Below, piece after piece: positions 7,782 through 18,368 of a DNA stretch of 64,000 nt. Position 1 is the first letter of the stretch; every line of letters starts with the position of its first letter. Source of the stretch: Escherichia coli (GTDB lineage Bacteria; Pseudomonadota; Gammaproteobacteria; Enterobacterales; Enterobacteriaceae); NCBI RefSeq assembly GCF_003334815.1, contig NZ_QOWO01000004.1. The stretch is one strand, 5' to 3'. Made by a program: the position numbers and the translations under genes. Below the pieces are notes generated by a model. The model was not told the origin of the DNA, did no database searches, and saw nothing but the letters and a program-made list of their open reading frames with translations.

Positions 7782-8910
7782 ACTGAACGATCTTCTGACC
7801 ACCCGTGAGCTACAACGCTGGCGATTAATTCTTGGCGAAGCGGCAGAAACGACGCTTTGTGGGCTGGATGACAACGCCCGGCAGATAGACCACGCGCTGG
7901 AATGGCTGTATGGGCGCGATCCTGAACGGCTCCAGCGTGGTGAACGCTCCGGTGGATTAGGTGGCTCAAATCTCACCACCCCTGAGTGGATCAACAGTAT
8001 TCACACGCTGTTTCCGCAACAGGTGATTGAGCGGCTGGAAAGCGATGCCGTACTGCGCTATGGCATTGAAGATGTGGTGACGAATCTCGACGTGCTGGAA
8101 CGTATGCAGCCTTCTGAAAGCCTGCTACGCGCCGTTTTGCATACCAAACATCTGATGAACCCCGAAGTACTGGCTACCGCCCGCCGGATAGTGCGCCAGG
8201 TTGTTGAAGAAATTATGGCTCGACTGGCAAAGGAAGTTCGTCAGGCTTTTTCTGGTGTCCGCGATCGCCGTCGCCGCTCATCTATTCCACTGGCGCGAAA
8301 CTTTGATTTCAAAAGTACTCTACGCGCCAACCTGCAACACTGGCACCCACAACACGGCAAGTTGTATATCGAATCCCCCCGCTTTAACAGCCGCATTAAA
8401 CGCCAAAGCGAACAATGGCAACTGGTCTTACTGGTTGATCAAAGCGGCTCGATGGTCGATTCGGTGATCCACTCTGCGGTGATGGCGGCCTGTTTATGGC
8501 AGTTACCCGGCATTCGTACCCATCTGGTCGCTTTTGACACCAGTGTGGTTGATCTCACGGCAGACGTTGCCGATCCGGTAGAGTTATTAATGAAAGTGCA
8601 ATTAGGCGGCGGAACCAATATCGCCAGTGCCGTGGAGTATGGTCGGCAACTTATTGAACAACCAGCGAAAAGCGTCATTATCCTCGTGAGCGATTTTTAC
8701 GAAGGGGGTTCATCATCATTACTGACGCATCAGGTGAAAAAGTGTGTCCAGAGCGGCATCAAAGTGCTGGGACTGGCAGCGCTCGATAGCACAGCAACAC
8801 CTTGCTATGACCACGATACGGCCCAGGCGCTGGTAAATGTCGGCGCACAAATAGCCGCCATGACACCGGGCGAGCTGGCATCATGGCTTGCGGAGAATCT
8901 TCAGTCATGA
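7774..8910 (+). CDS. yehP: von Willebrand factor A domain protein (378 aa)
   Basis: ATG 7774 overlaps the yehM end by 8 nt; MIDAS-like DQSGS motif (LLVDQSGSM). Confidence 0.8.
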   Translation: MSELNDLLTTRELQRWRLILGEAAETTLCGLDDNARQIDHALEWLYGRDPERLQRGERSGGLGGSNLTTPEWINSIHTLFPQQVIERLESDAVLRYGIEDVVTNLDVLERMQPSESLLRAVLHTKHLMNPEVLATARRIVRQVVEEIMARLAKEVRQAFSGVRDRRRRSSIPLARNFDFKSTLRANLQHWHPQHGKLYIESPRFNSRIKRQSEQWQLVLLVDQSGSMVDSVIHSAVMAACLWQLPGIRTHLVAFDTSVVDLTADVADPVELLMKVQLGGGTNIASAVEYGRQLIEQPAKSVIILVSDFYEGGSSSLLTHQVKKCVQSGIKVLGLAALDSTATPCYDHDTAQALVNVGAQIAAMTPGELASWLAENLQS

Positions 8911-10904
8911 ATTCACTACGTCCGGAATTATTAGAACTGACACCGCAGGCCCTGACGGCGTTAAGCAATGCCGGTTTTGTTAAGCGCAGTCTTAAGGAAC
9001 TGGAAAATGGCAACGTCCCGGAAATCAGCCATGAGAACGGCGCTTTAATCGCCACCTTCAGTGACGGTGTCCGTACCCAGCTGGCGAACGGCCAGGCACT
9101 GAAAGAGGCTCAGTGCAGCTGCGGGGCCAGCGGTATGTGCCGTCATCACGTGATGCTGGTGTTAAGTTATCAACGACTTTGTGCTACCGCCCAGCCTACA
9201 GGAAAAGAAGAGGAATGGGATCCGGCAATCTGGCTGGAAGAACTGGCTACCCTTCCCGATGCCACCCGCAAACGCGCACAGGCGCTGGTCGCTAAAGGCA
9301 TCACCATTGAGTTGTTCTGTGCGCCGGGTGAAATTCCCTCTGCCCGCTTACCGATGAGCGATGTGCGTTTTTATTCCCGCAGCAGTATTCGTTTCGCCCG
9401 TTGTGATTGTATTGAAGGCACACTTTGCGAACATGTCGTACTGGCTGTGCAGGCCTTCGTCGAGGCCAAAACTCAGCAAGCGGAATTTAACCATTTGATC
9501 TGGCAGATGCGCAGCGAACACGTCACATCATCTGACGATCCGTTTGCCAGCGAAGAAGGCAAAACGTGTCGTCAATATGTTCAGCAATTAAGCCAGGCAT
9601 TATGGCTGAGCGGCATCAGCCAGCCGCTTATTCACTACGAGGCCGCTTTCAGCCGCGCGCAGCAGGCGGCGGAACGCTGCAACTGGCGATGGGTGAGTGA
9701 ATCGCTACGGCAACTGCGCGCCAGCGTTGATGCCTTCCACGCCCGCGCAAGCCATTATCATGCCGGAGAATGCTTGTGTCAGCTTGCGGCATTAAACAGT
9801 CGATTAAATTGCGCACACGAAATGGCGCAGCGCGACAGTGTTGGTGAAATTCCTCCCATGCCGTGGCGCACGGTCGTTGGCGCAGGCATTGCCGGAGAAG
9901 CAAAGCTTGATCATCTGCGGCTGGTGTCTTTAGGTATGCGTTGCTGGCAGGATATTGAGCATTATGGTTTACGCATCTGGTTTACCGATCCCGACACCGG
10001 CAGTATTTTGCACCTTTCGCGCAGTTGGCCGCGAAGCGAACAGGAAAACTCACCGGCAGCTACGCGTCGGCTGTTTAGTTTTCAGGCTGGCGCACTGGCG
10101 GGTGGGCAAATTGTTTCACAAGCAGCAAAACGCAGTGCCGATGGCGAGCTGCTGTTAGCTACCCGCAACCGCTTAAGCAGCGTTGTGCCGCTGTCGCCTG
10201 ATGCCTGGCAAATGTTGAGCGCGCCGTTACGCCAGCCGGGCATTGTGGCTTTGCGGGAATATTTACGCCAGCGTCCCCCCGCCTGCATACGGCCTCTTAA
10301 TCAGGTCGATAACTTATTTATTCTGCCGGTCGCTGAGTGTATTTCGCTCGGTTGGGATAGCAGCCGCCAGACGCTGGATGCGCAGGTCATTAGCGGCGAA
10401 GGTGAAGATAATCTGCTGACGTTATCACTGCCAGCCTCAGCCAGCGCGCCTTATGCCGTTGAACGCATGGCGGCGCTTTTGCAACAAACAGAGGACCCCG
10501 TGTGTCTGGTTTCTGGCTTTGTCAGTTTTGTAGAGGGGCAATTGACACTGGAACCACAGGTAATGATGACAAAGACTCGTGCCTGGGCGCTGGACGCTGA
10601 AACTGCGCCTGTGGCACCGCTACCTTCTGCCAGCGTGCCTGTGCCGTCTACTGCTCATCAGTTGCTGATACGCTGCCAGGCGTTACTTATTCAACTGCTC
10701 CATAACGGCTGGCGCTATCAGGAACAAAGTGCTATTGGTCAGGCAGAGTTGCTGGCGAATGACCTCACCGCCGTGGGTTTTTATCGGCTGGCACATGTGT
10801 TGGGACAATTTCGTAATACAGAAAGCGAGGCACGGGTAGAAGCAATGAATAACGTTGTTTTGCTTTGCGAACAATTATTCCCCATGCTTCAGCAACAAGG
10901 ATGA
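8907..10904 (+). CDS. yehQ: SWIM zinc-finger protein (about 665 aa)
   Basis: ATG 8907 overlaps the yehP stop (ATGA); alternative in-frame ATG at 8883. Two C-x-C-x(n)-C-x-H motifs (CSCGASGMCRHH, CDCIEGTLCEH). Confidence 0.7.
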   Translation: MNSLRPELLELTPQALTALSNAGFVKRSLKELENGNVPEISHENGALIATFSDGVRTQLANGQALKEAQCSCGASGMCRHHVMLVLSYQRLCATAQPTGKEEEWDPAIWLEELATLPDATRKRAQALVAKGITIELFCAPGEIPSARLPMSDVRFYSRSSIRFARCDCIEGTLCEHVVLAVQAFVEAKTQQAEFNHLIWQMRSEHVTSSDDPFASEEGKTCRQYVQQLSQALWLSGISQPLIHYEAAFSRAQQAAERCNWRWVSESLRQLRASVDAFHARASHYHAGECLCQLAALNSRLNCAHEMAQRDSVGEIPPMPWRTVVGAGIAGEAKLDHLRLVSLGMRCWQDIEHYGLRIWFTDPDTGSILHLSRSWPRSEQENSPAATRRLFSFQAGALAGGQIVSQAAKRSADGELLLATRNRLSSVVPLSPDAWQMLSAPLRQPGIVALREYLRQRPPACIRPLNQVDNLFILPVAECISLGWDSSRQTLDAQVISGEGEDNLLTLSLPASASAPYAVERMAALLQQTEDPVCLVSGFVSFVEGQLTLEPQVMMTKTRAWALDAETAPVAPLPSASVPVPSTAHQLLIRCQALLIQLLHNGWRYQEQSAIGQAELLANDLTAVGFYRLAHVLGQFRNTESEARVEAMNNVVLLCEQLFPMLQQQG

Positions 10905-11028
10905 AATAGTGCTTTTTACTAAGAGTTCTACTCCAGTTCCGGACTGCTCACGCCACGGTATTAGGCATATCCTATATAGCCCCTGGTGAGAGTCACCAGT
11001 TCCTTGATTAAATAAAATGGAGTTTTAC

Positions 11029-11490
11029 ATGAAGGCTTTCAATAAGCTGTTTTCCCTCGTTGTTGCATCTGTTCTGGTTTTCTCTCTTGCTGGCTGCGGT
11101 GACAAAGAAGAATCGAAGAAATTCAGCGCCAATCTGAACGGCACTGAAATTGCCATTACCTATGTCTACAAAGGTGACAAGGTGCTTAAGCAATCTTCTG
11201 AAACCAAAATTCAATTTGCCTCCATTGGTGCAACCACCAAAGAAGATGCTGCCAAGACACTTGAGCCGTTAAGCGCCAAATACAAAAACATCGCGGGTGT
11301 TGAAGAAAAATTAACCTATACCGATACCTACGCGCAGGAAAACGTGACTATCGATATGGAAAAAGTGGATTTTAAAGCCCTGCAGGGTATTTCAGGAATC
11401 AACGTTTCTGCTGAAGATGCCAAAAAAGGTATCACTATGGCGCAAATGGAACTGGTGATGAAAGCCGCTGGTTTTAAAGAAGTGAAATAA
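11029..11490 (+). CDS. yehR: Lipoprotein (153 aa), signal peptide with LAGC lipobox
   Basis: ORF track 11017..11490 trimmed to the second ATG at 11029. Confidence 0.75.
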   Translation: MKAFNKLFSLVVASVLVFSLAGCGDKEESKKFSANLNGTEIAITYVYKGDKVLKQSSETKIQFASIGATTKEDAAKTLEPLSAKYKNIAGVEEKLTYTDTYAQENVTIDMEKVDFKALQGISGINVSAEDAKKGITMAQMELVMKAAGFKEVK

Positions 11491-11496
11491 TCTGTC

Positions 11497-11521
11497 GGCG
11501 GCCATGTTTCGCATGGCCGCC
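11497..11521. terminator. GC-rich 10-bp hairpin between convergent yehR and yehS; no clear U-tract
   Basis: GGCGGCCATG-TTTCG-CATGGCCGCC read directly. Confidence 0.4.
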
Positions 11522-11530
11522 ATACCCGTC

Positions 11531-12001
11531 TTAGCTTTTCTTCACATGCTGGCGCGCTGCCAGTCCACGCAGAAAATAACGTAAAAATTGATCGCCGCAT
11601 TCGCGGAAGTTTTTATGATCCGGTGCACGCATCATCGCCGTAATTTCCGGCATCGAAACGCGGAACTGCTGTTCGGTGAGGATCGCCAGAATGTCATCGG
11701 TTTTCAGCGAAAACGCGATGCGTAATTTTTTCAGCACGATGTTGTTATTAATGCGACGTTCCGGCTCCAGTGCCGGAGCAGACTCATCCTTGCCGCGTTT
11801 TTCATAAATCAGGCCATTGAGGAATGACGACAAAACAATGTCCGGACAACGCTGAAAACCCTCTTCGTCTTCTTTACGTAGCCAGACGGCGATCTGTTCC
11901 GCGGTGGCTTCGACATTACCCAGCGCCAGAATACGCACCAGGTCATTATTATTGGCTTTCAAAATGTAGCGCACGCTGCGCAGAATATCGTTACTTAGCA
12001 T
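11531..12001 (-). CDS. yehS: Small protein of unknown function (156 aa)
   Basis: ORF track 11531..12058 trimmed to the Met at 12001. Confidence 0.7.
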   Translation of the reverse strand: MLSNDILRSVRYILKANNNDLVRILALGNVEATAEQIAVWLRKEDEEGFQRCPDIVLSSFLNGLIYEKRGKDESAPALEPERRINNNIVLKKLRIAFSLKTDDILAILTEQQFRVSMPEITAMMRAPDHKNFRECGDQFLRYFLRGLAARQHVKKS

Positions 12002-12047
12002 GAGGCCTTCAGGTGTTGATGAGGCAAAAAGCCATTTTAGCAGTCTT

Positions 12048-12767
12048 TTACAGGCCAATCGCCTCTTTTAAGCTTTTCAGATAACGGCGGCTGACCGGCA
12101 CGGTTAAGCCATTACGCAAAATCAACTCGGCCTGGCCGTTATCTTCCAGACGAATCTCCTGTAAATGCGCGAGGTTAACCAGATACTGACGATGGCAGCG
12201 CAGTAGTGGTGTACGACTTTCCAGGGTACGTAATGTCAATTCGGTAAAGCCCTCTTTCCCTTCGTGGCTGGTAACGTAGACACCGCTCATCCGACTGCTG
12301 ACAAATGCCACATCTTTCATTTGCAGCAAATAAATCCGACTATGCCCAGTACAAGGGATAAATTTCAGCGCCTGTTGATTTTCTGGTAACAGCGAAACAT
12401 CCTGCTTGCTGCGTTCCTGCCGCAAACGCGCCAGCGTTTTCTCCAGTCGCGCTTCATCAATTGGCTTCAGCAGATAATCAAAGGCGTGTTCTTCAAAGGC
12501 TTTAATGGCGTATTCGTCAAACGCGGTGAGAAAAACAATATACGGACGATGTTCCGGGTCGAGCATCCCCACCATTTCCAGACCACTGATGCGCGGCATC
12601 TGGATATCGAGAAACAGCACATCCGGGCGCAGTTTATGCACCGCGCCGATCCCTTCCACGGCGTTTGAACACTCACCAACGATTTCAATATCGCTCTGCT
12701 CCTGCAAAAATACGCGCAGGTTCTCCCGTGCTAACGGTTCATCATCGACAATTAAGACTTTAATCAT
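12048..12767 (-). CDS. btsR: LytTR-family response regulator (239 aa)
   Basis: Receiver motif [12 protein letters not shown]; ATG 12767 overlaps the btsS stop. Confidence 0.85.
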
Positions 12768-14449
12768 GCCTCGTCCCTCCATGGTAGTCGTAACGTTATT
12801 CGGGTGTAACTATCAGGCTCACAGGCGACGCTTATCCCATAGTCATCGCCAAACCGTTCACGTAAACGCTTATCCACCAGATTCATCCCCAGCCCACTGG
12901 CATTGGTTACCGGTTGATACAAACCGGCATTGTCTTCGATCTCCAGCATTAAATGTTGCCCCTCACGTCGGGCGCTGATTGCCACTCGCCCTGTATCCAG
13001 CAGTTGTGATGTCCCATGTTTAATGGCGTTTTCCACTATCGGTTGCAGGGTAAACGCGGGCAATTGCTGCTGGGATAATTCTTGCGGAATAGCAATGTTG
13101 ACCTGCAACCGCGACTGGAAGCGCGCCTTTTCAATTTGCAGATAAGCATTCACATGTTCAATTTCGTCGGCGAGAGTAACAAACTCCGAAGGCCGCTTTA
13201 AGTTTTTGCGGAAAAAAGTGGAAAGATACTGCACCAGCTGGCTGGCCTGTTCGCTGTCGCGACGGATCACCGCTTTAATGGTGTTAAGCGCATTAAACAA
13301 AAAATGGGGATTCACCTGGGCGTGAAGCAGTTTGATCTCTGACTGGGTGAGCATCGCTTTTTGCCGCTCATATTGCCCGGCAAGGATCTGCGCCGAAAGC
13401 AGTTGCGCAATCCCCTCACCCAACGTGCGGTTGATTGAACTGAATAAACGGTTTTTGGCTTCATACAATTTGATGGTGCCCATCACCCGCTGATTTTCAC
13501 CACGCAACGGAATTACCAGCGTCGACCCCAGTTTGCATTGCGGATGCAAAGAGCAACGGTAAGGTACTTCGTTGCCATCAGCGTAGACCACTTCACCGGT
13601 TTCAATCGCTTTTAAGGTATAAGTCGAAGAAATCGGTTTGCCGGGTAAATGGTGGTCGTCACCAATTCCGGTAAAGGCTAGCAATTTCTCTCGATCGGTA
13701 ATCGCGACTGCACCAATATCCAGCTCCTGATACAGCACCTGTGCCACTTTCATGCTGTTCACTTCGTTAAACCCCTGGCGCAAAATGCCTTCCGTCGAGG
13801 CCGCCACTTTCAGCGCAGTGGCAGAAAAAGCTGAAGTGTATTTTTCAAACATCGCGCGTTTATCGAGCAATATACGCATAAACAGCGCCGCGCCGACGGT
13901 ATTGGTGACCATCATTGGCGCAGCAATATTACTCACCAGACGTACCGCATCTTCATAAGGTCGGGCGATCGCCAGGATGATCAACATTTGCACCATTTCA
14001 GCGACGAACGTGACGGCACCGGCGGTAATGGGGTTAAAGACTTTATCAGTGCGCCCGCGACGGATCAGAATGCTGTGTACCAGGCCGCCGAGCAATCCTT
14101 CAACGATGGTTGAGATCATGCAACTTAGCGCGGTCATGCCCCCCATCGAATATCGATGTAAGCCGCCGGTCAGACCAACCAGCCCACCGACGACCGGACC
14201 GCCGAGTAAGCCGCCCATTACCGCGCCTATCGCACGGGTATTGGCAATAGAATCGTCAATGTGCAACCCAAACCAGGTGCCCATGATGCAGAAGATGGAA
14301 AAGACGATGTAGCAGAGAAATTTATGCGGCAGACGAACCGTGACCTGCATTAACGGTATGAATAATGGCGTTTTACTCATTAACCACGCAATGACTAAAA
14401 AAACGCACATCTGCTGAAGCAGCAGCAACACCAGATTAAAATCGTACAT
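12764..14449 (-). CDS. btsS: LytS-type sensor histidine kinase (561 aa)
   Basis: Multi-pass membrane N-terminus and histidine-kinase core containing [10 protein letters not shown]. Confidence 0.85.
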
Positions 14450-14670
14450 ACCCGCAAACCACACTTCCCTTTAAAACGCGTAACATACATTGCCTGCGTT
14501 TAACTTTCTTTGAACTCTTGCAGAAAAATGAGAATTCGTGAGTACGATCACTCAAAATCGCCTGGCAAAAATAAAATCACCCTATAGATGCACAAAAAAC
14601 GGGCAAAACTACCTGGTTCGCAAAACTGCGTCTAAAGTTAAACCGGGACCTCGCGAGCAAGGGTGAGACG

Positions 14671-15402
14671 ATGGCGCTTTACACAATTGGTGAAGTGGCG
14701 TTGCTTTGTGATATTAATCCTGTCACGTTACGCGCGTGGCAGAGGCGTTACGGATTGCTGAAACCGCAACGGACAGACGGTGGTCATCGGCTGTTCAACG
14801 ATGCCGATATTGACCGGATCCGCGAGATCAAACGCTGGATCGACAACGGCGTGCAGGTCAGCAAAGTTAAAATGCTGCTCAGTAATGAAAATGTTGATGT
14901 GCAGAACGGCTGGCGCGATCAGCAAGAAACATTACTGACTTACCTGCAAAGCGGCAATCTACATAGCCTGCGAACGTGGATCAAAGAGCGCGGTCAGGAT
15001 TACCCCGCCCAGACACTCACCACACATCTGTTTATTCCTCTGCGCCGACGGCTTCAGTGCCAACAACCGACTCTCCAGGCGCTGCTGGCGATCCTCGACG
15101 GCGTACTGATCAACTACATCGCCATTTGTCTGGCTTCGGCACGTAAAAAACAGGGTAAAGATGCGCTGGTGGTTGGCTGGAATATTCAGGATACCACCCG
15201 TCTGTGGCTGGAGGGCTGGATTGCCAGTCAACAAGGATGGCGCATTGATGTCCTCGCCCACTCGCTCAATCAACTACGCCCTGAACTATTCGAAGGCCGT
15301 ACATTGCTGGTGTGGTGCGGTGAAAATCGAACCTCCGCCCAACAGCAGCAACTCACCAGTTGGCAAGAACAAGGCCATGATATTTTCCCACTCGGCATTT
15401 AA
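14671..15402 (+). CDS. mlrA: MerR-family transcriptional regulator (243 aa)
   Basis: N-terminal MerR helix-turn-helix (YTIGEVALLCDINPVTLRAWQRRYGL). Confidence 0.85.
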   Translation: MALYTIGEVALLCDINPVTLRAWQRRYGLLKPQRTDGGHRLFNDADIDRIREIKRWIDNGVQVSKVKMLLSNENVDVQNGWRDQQETLLTYLQSGNLHSLRTWIKERGQDYPAQTLTTHLFIPLRRRLQCQQPTLQALLAILDGVLINYIAICLASARKKQGKDALVVGWNIQDTTRLWLEGWIASQQGWRIDVLAHSLNQLRPELFEGRTLLVWCGENRTSAQQQQLTSWQEQGHDIFPLGI

Positions 15403-15461
15403 TGATTCGTTAACAAATGCGCTTTACTGTACAATCCTTTCGTTAACATAAGGAGTGCATT

Positions 15462-15569
15462 ATGCGCATAGCTAAAATTGGGGTCATCGCCCTGTTCCTG
15501 TTTATGGCGTTAGGCGGAATTGGTGGCGTCATGCTCGCAGGTTATACCTTTATTTTGCGTGCTGGCTAA
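15462..15569 (+). CDS. yohO: 35-aa small membrane protein [35 protein letters not shown]
   Basis: ATG 15462 with AAGGAG 6 nt upstream; 3' end overlaps convergent yehW by 20 nt. Not in the ORF track. Confidence 0.65.
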
Positions 15570-16281
15570 GCGCCTGCACCAGCCTTTCAAACAGGCGGTC
15601 TGCGATGATCGCCGCCAGTGCCACCAGTAACGCCCCCTGGATCACATACGCGGTATTAAATCCGCTAAGCCCGATGATGATGGGCGTACCCAGCGTGCTG
15701 GCCCCTACCGTTGAGGCGATCGTCGCCGTACCAATGTTGATAATCACCGAAGTTCGCACGCCCGCCAGAATCACCGGAGCCGCCAGCGGTAGCTCGACCT
15801 TACGCAGTCGCTGACCACGACTCATTCCCATACCCTTCGCAACTTCTGTCACGCTGGCATCAATCGCTCCCAGCCCGGCAAGTGTCGCCTGCAGGACGGG
15901 CAGCACGCCGTATAGGATCAAGGCGATAATCGCTGGTTGCAGACCAAAGCCGATCACCGGAACAGCAATCGCCAGCACCGCAACGGGCGGAAAAGTCTGC
16001 CCAACGGCGGCAATAGTTTCCACCAGTGGGCGAAATTCCGCGCCCCACGGGCGAGTGACAGCAATTCCGGCACCAGTACCAATGATCACCGCAAACAAAC
16101 TCGAAATTCCCACCAGCCAGAAATGAGCCAGTGCCAGAGCTGCAAAACTTTCTTGCTGATAAACGGGTCGTGGCAGTTGTGGGAACAAGGCAGCAAACAG
16201 CGGCTGGCTGTAAGGCAGCCAGAAAATCAGTGCCACAAACAAAGCAATGAGCCAGAACAGCGGATCGCGCAACATCTTCAT
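15550..16281 (-). CDS. yehW: ABC transporter permease (glycine betaine/osmoprotectant system)
   Basis: ORF track; hydrophobic multi-pass protein; synteny. Confidence 0.85.
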
Positions 16282-16285
16282 ACGC

Positions 16286-17212
16286 TTACGCCTCCACCAG
16301 CAGATCCTGAAAATGCAGCGTGCCGCTAGGCTGGCCCTGCGTGTTCACCACCGGCAGCACCTCGCATCCCCGCGCGACAAACAGAGAGAGCGCATCGCGT
16401 AGCGTCATCTCTTCTGCCAGTGCCTCACCTTCTGCCCGTTCTTCGCGACGCACGTAATCCGCCACACTACGTAACGAAAGCAGGCGCACACCCAGTTCAC
16501 TACGTCCAAAAAACTGGCGGACAAAATCATTCGCCGGACGAGTCAGCATCGTCAGCGGATTGCCCTGCTGCACCACTTCACCGTGATCCATCAATACCAG
16601 ATGTTCTGCCAGCCGTAGCGCCTCATCAATATCATGAGTGACCAGCACAATAGTGCGCCCCAGCAAACGGTGAATGCGCGTCATCTCTTGTTGCAACGCG
16701 CCGCGCGTTACCGGGTCCAGTGCGCCAAAAGGTTCATCCATCAGTAAGACTTGCGGATCGGCAGCCAGTGCGCGCGCCACTCCCACACGTTGCTGCTGAC
16801 CACCGGAAAGCTGATGCGGATAACGCTCACGCAAATTTGACTCCAGCCCCAGTAGCGCCATTAATTCGTCGATACGATCGTCAATCCGTGCCCGCGACCA
16901 TTTTTGTAATTGCGGCACGGTAGCGATGTTTTGCGCCACGCTCCAGTGGGGGAACAGGCCAATAGATTGAATGGCATAGCCCATCCGGCGGCGCAACTCC
17001 AATACTGGCAGCGAGCGAATTTCTTCTCCGGCAAAGCGGATCTCTCCGCTGTCATGCTCCACCAGGCGGTTAATCATTTTCAGGGTGGTGGATTTGCCGG
17101 AGCCAGATGTGCCAATCAGCACCGAAAAACTCCCTTCCTGAAAATTGAGATTGAGATCGTTAACGGCTTTTTGTGCGCCGAACAGTTTGCTGACATGGCT
17201 AAATTCAATCAT
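16286..17212 (-). CDS. yehX: ABC transporter ATP-binding protein
   Basis: Walker [10 protein letters not shown] and ABC signature LSGGQQQR. Confidence 0.9.
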   Translation of the reverse strand: MIEFSHVSKLFGAQKAVNDLNLNFQEGSFSVLIGTSGSGKSTTLKMINRLVEHDSGEIRFAGEEIRSLPVLELRRRMGYAIQSIGLFPHWSVAQNIATVPQLQKWSRARIDDRIDELMALLGLESNLRERYPHQLSGGQQQRVGVARALAADPQVLLMDEPFGALDPVTRGALQQEMTRIHRLLGRTIVLVTHDIDEALRLAEHLVLMDHGEVVQQGNPLTMLTRPANDFVRQFFGRSELGVRLLSLRSVADYVRREERAEGEALAEEMTLRDALSLFVARGCEVLPVVNTQGQPSGTLHFQDLLVEA

Positions 17213-18362
17213 TACGTTTCACCTTCAGCAGTGCGATAAGCAAATCGAACAGCGCGTCGGTAAGCACCGCCAGAACAATTACCGGGATCACCCCCAGCAA
17301 CACTAAATCAATGGCGCTGCTTAGCAGCCCCTGGAAAACCAGCGCACCAAAACCGCCTGCGCCGATTAACGCCGCAATCACCGCCATACCTACAGTTTGC
17401 ACCATCACCACCCGCAGGCTGCGCAGAAATACCGGTAACGCCAGTGGTAACTGAACATGCAGGAATCGCCGCGCCCCGCTCATGCCCATCGCTCTGGCGC
17501 TCTCCAGCACATCGCGCGGGATCTGGTTCAAGCCGACTACCACGCCGCGCACCAGCGGCAGCAAGGCATAGAGCACCAGCGCAATCAGTGCGGGTGTCAT
17601 TCCGGTTCCTGCTATGCCGAGCTTCCCCAGCCACGGAAAGGCCGTCACCAGCGCGGCAAGCGGCGCAATCAACAGGCCAAAGAGCGCCACCGAAGGCACG
17701 GTCTGAATGACATTGAGCAGAGAAAAAATTGCCCCCTGCCGAGCAGTGGAAAAGTAGCACCAGATGCCCAACGGCACACCAATCACTAACGCAGGCAGCA
17801 CCGCACCAAACAGCAACGTCAGATGTTGTGCCAGCGCGTCGTCAAACACATCCTGACGGTTGGCGTATTCTTTCATTAGTGAGAGATCGTTAAGCGTGCC
17901 GGAGTACAGCAACCACAGCGGAATAATGGCAATCTGCATATGCAACAACCAGCGCCACAGCGGATGCGTGGAGATTCGGCGGATGGCATCGCTACAGGCC
18001 AGCAATGCCAGCGCCGCAGCCAGCCAGAAACCACTGCCGAGGCTGGTACGCGCCAGCGCACTGCCATTTTGCGCCAGTTGGGTCGCCGCCTTTCCAGCTC
18101 CCCACACCAGCAATACGAAGACGAATTGCGCCAGAATGAGTGCACAAATGCTGCCTTTTTTACCGGGAATAAAACAGGCCGTCAGCCAGGCGCAACCAAC
18201 GCCCACCAGCATCCAGATCGTTTGCGGCCACAGCTGCCAGAGATGACGCCCCTCACCCGAAACTAAACGATTAGGCGCGTAACTGATAAACGGCAGCGCC
18301 GCTGCGATTGCCGTCAGCAACAGCAGCAGCGCCAGAACAGGATTAATACGGAAATAAGTCAC
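17205..18362 (-). CDS. yehY: ABC transporter permease
   Basis: ORF track; apparent GTG start; overlaps the yehX start by 8 nt. Confidence 0.85.
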   Translation of the reverse strand: MTYFRINPVLALLLLLTAIAAALPFISYAPNRLVSGEGRHLWQLWPQTIWMLVGVGCAWLTACFIPGKKGSICALILAQFVFVLLVWGAGKAATQLAQNGSALARTSLGSGFWLAAALALLACSDAIRRISTHPLWRWLLHMQIAIIPLWLLYSGTLNDLSLMKEYANRQDVFDDALAQHLTLLFGAVLPALVIGVPLGIWCYFSTARQGAIFSLLNVIQTVPSVALFGLLIAPLAALVTAFPWLGKLGIAGTGMTPALIALVLYALLPLVRGVVVGLNQIPRDVLESARAMGMSGARRFLHVQLPLALPVFLRSLRVVMVQTVGMAVIAALIGAGGFGALVFQGLLSSAIDLVLLGVIPVIVLAVLTDALFDLLIALLKVKRND

Positions 18363-18368
18363 GGGAAA

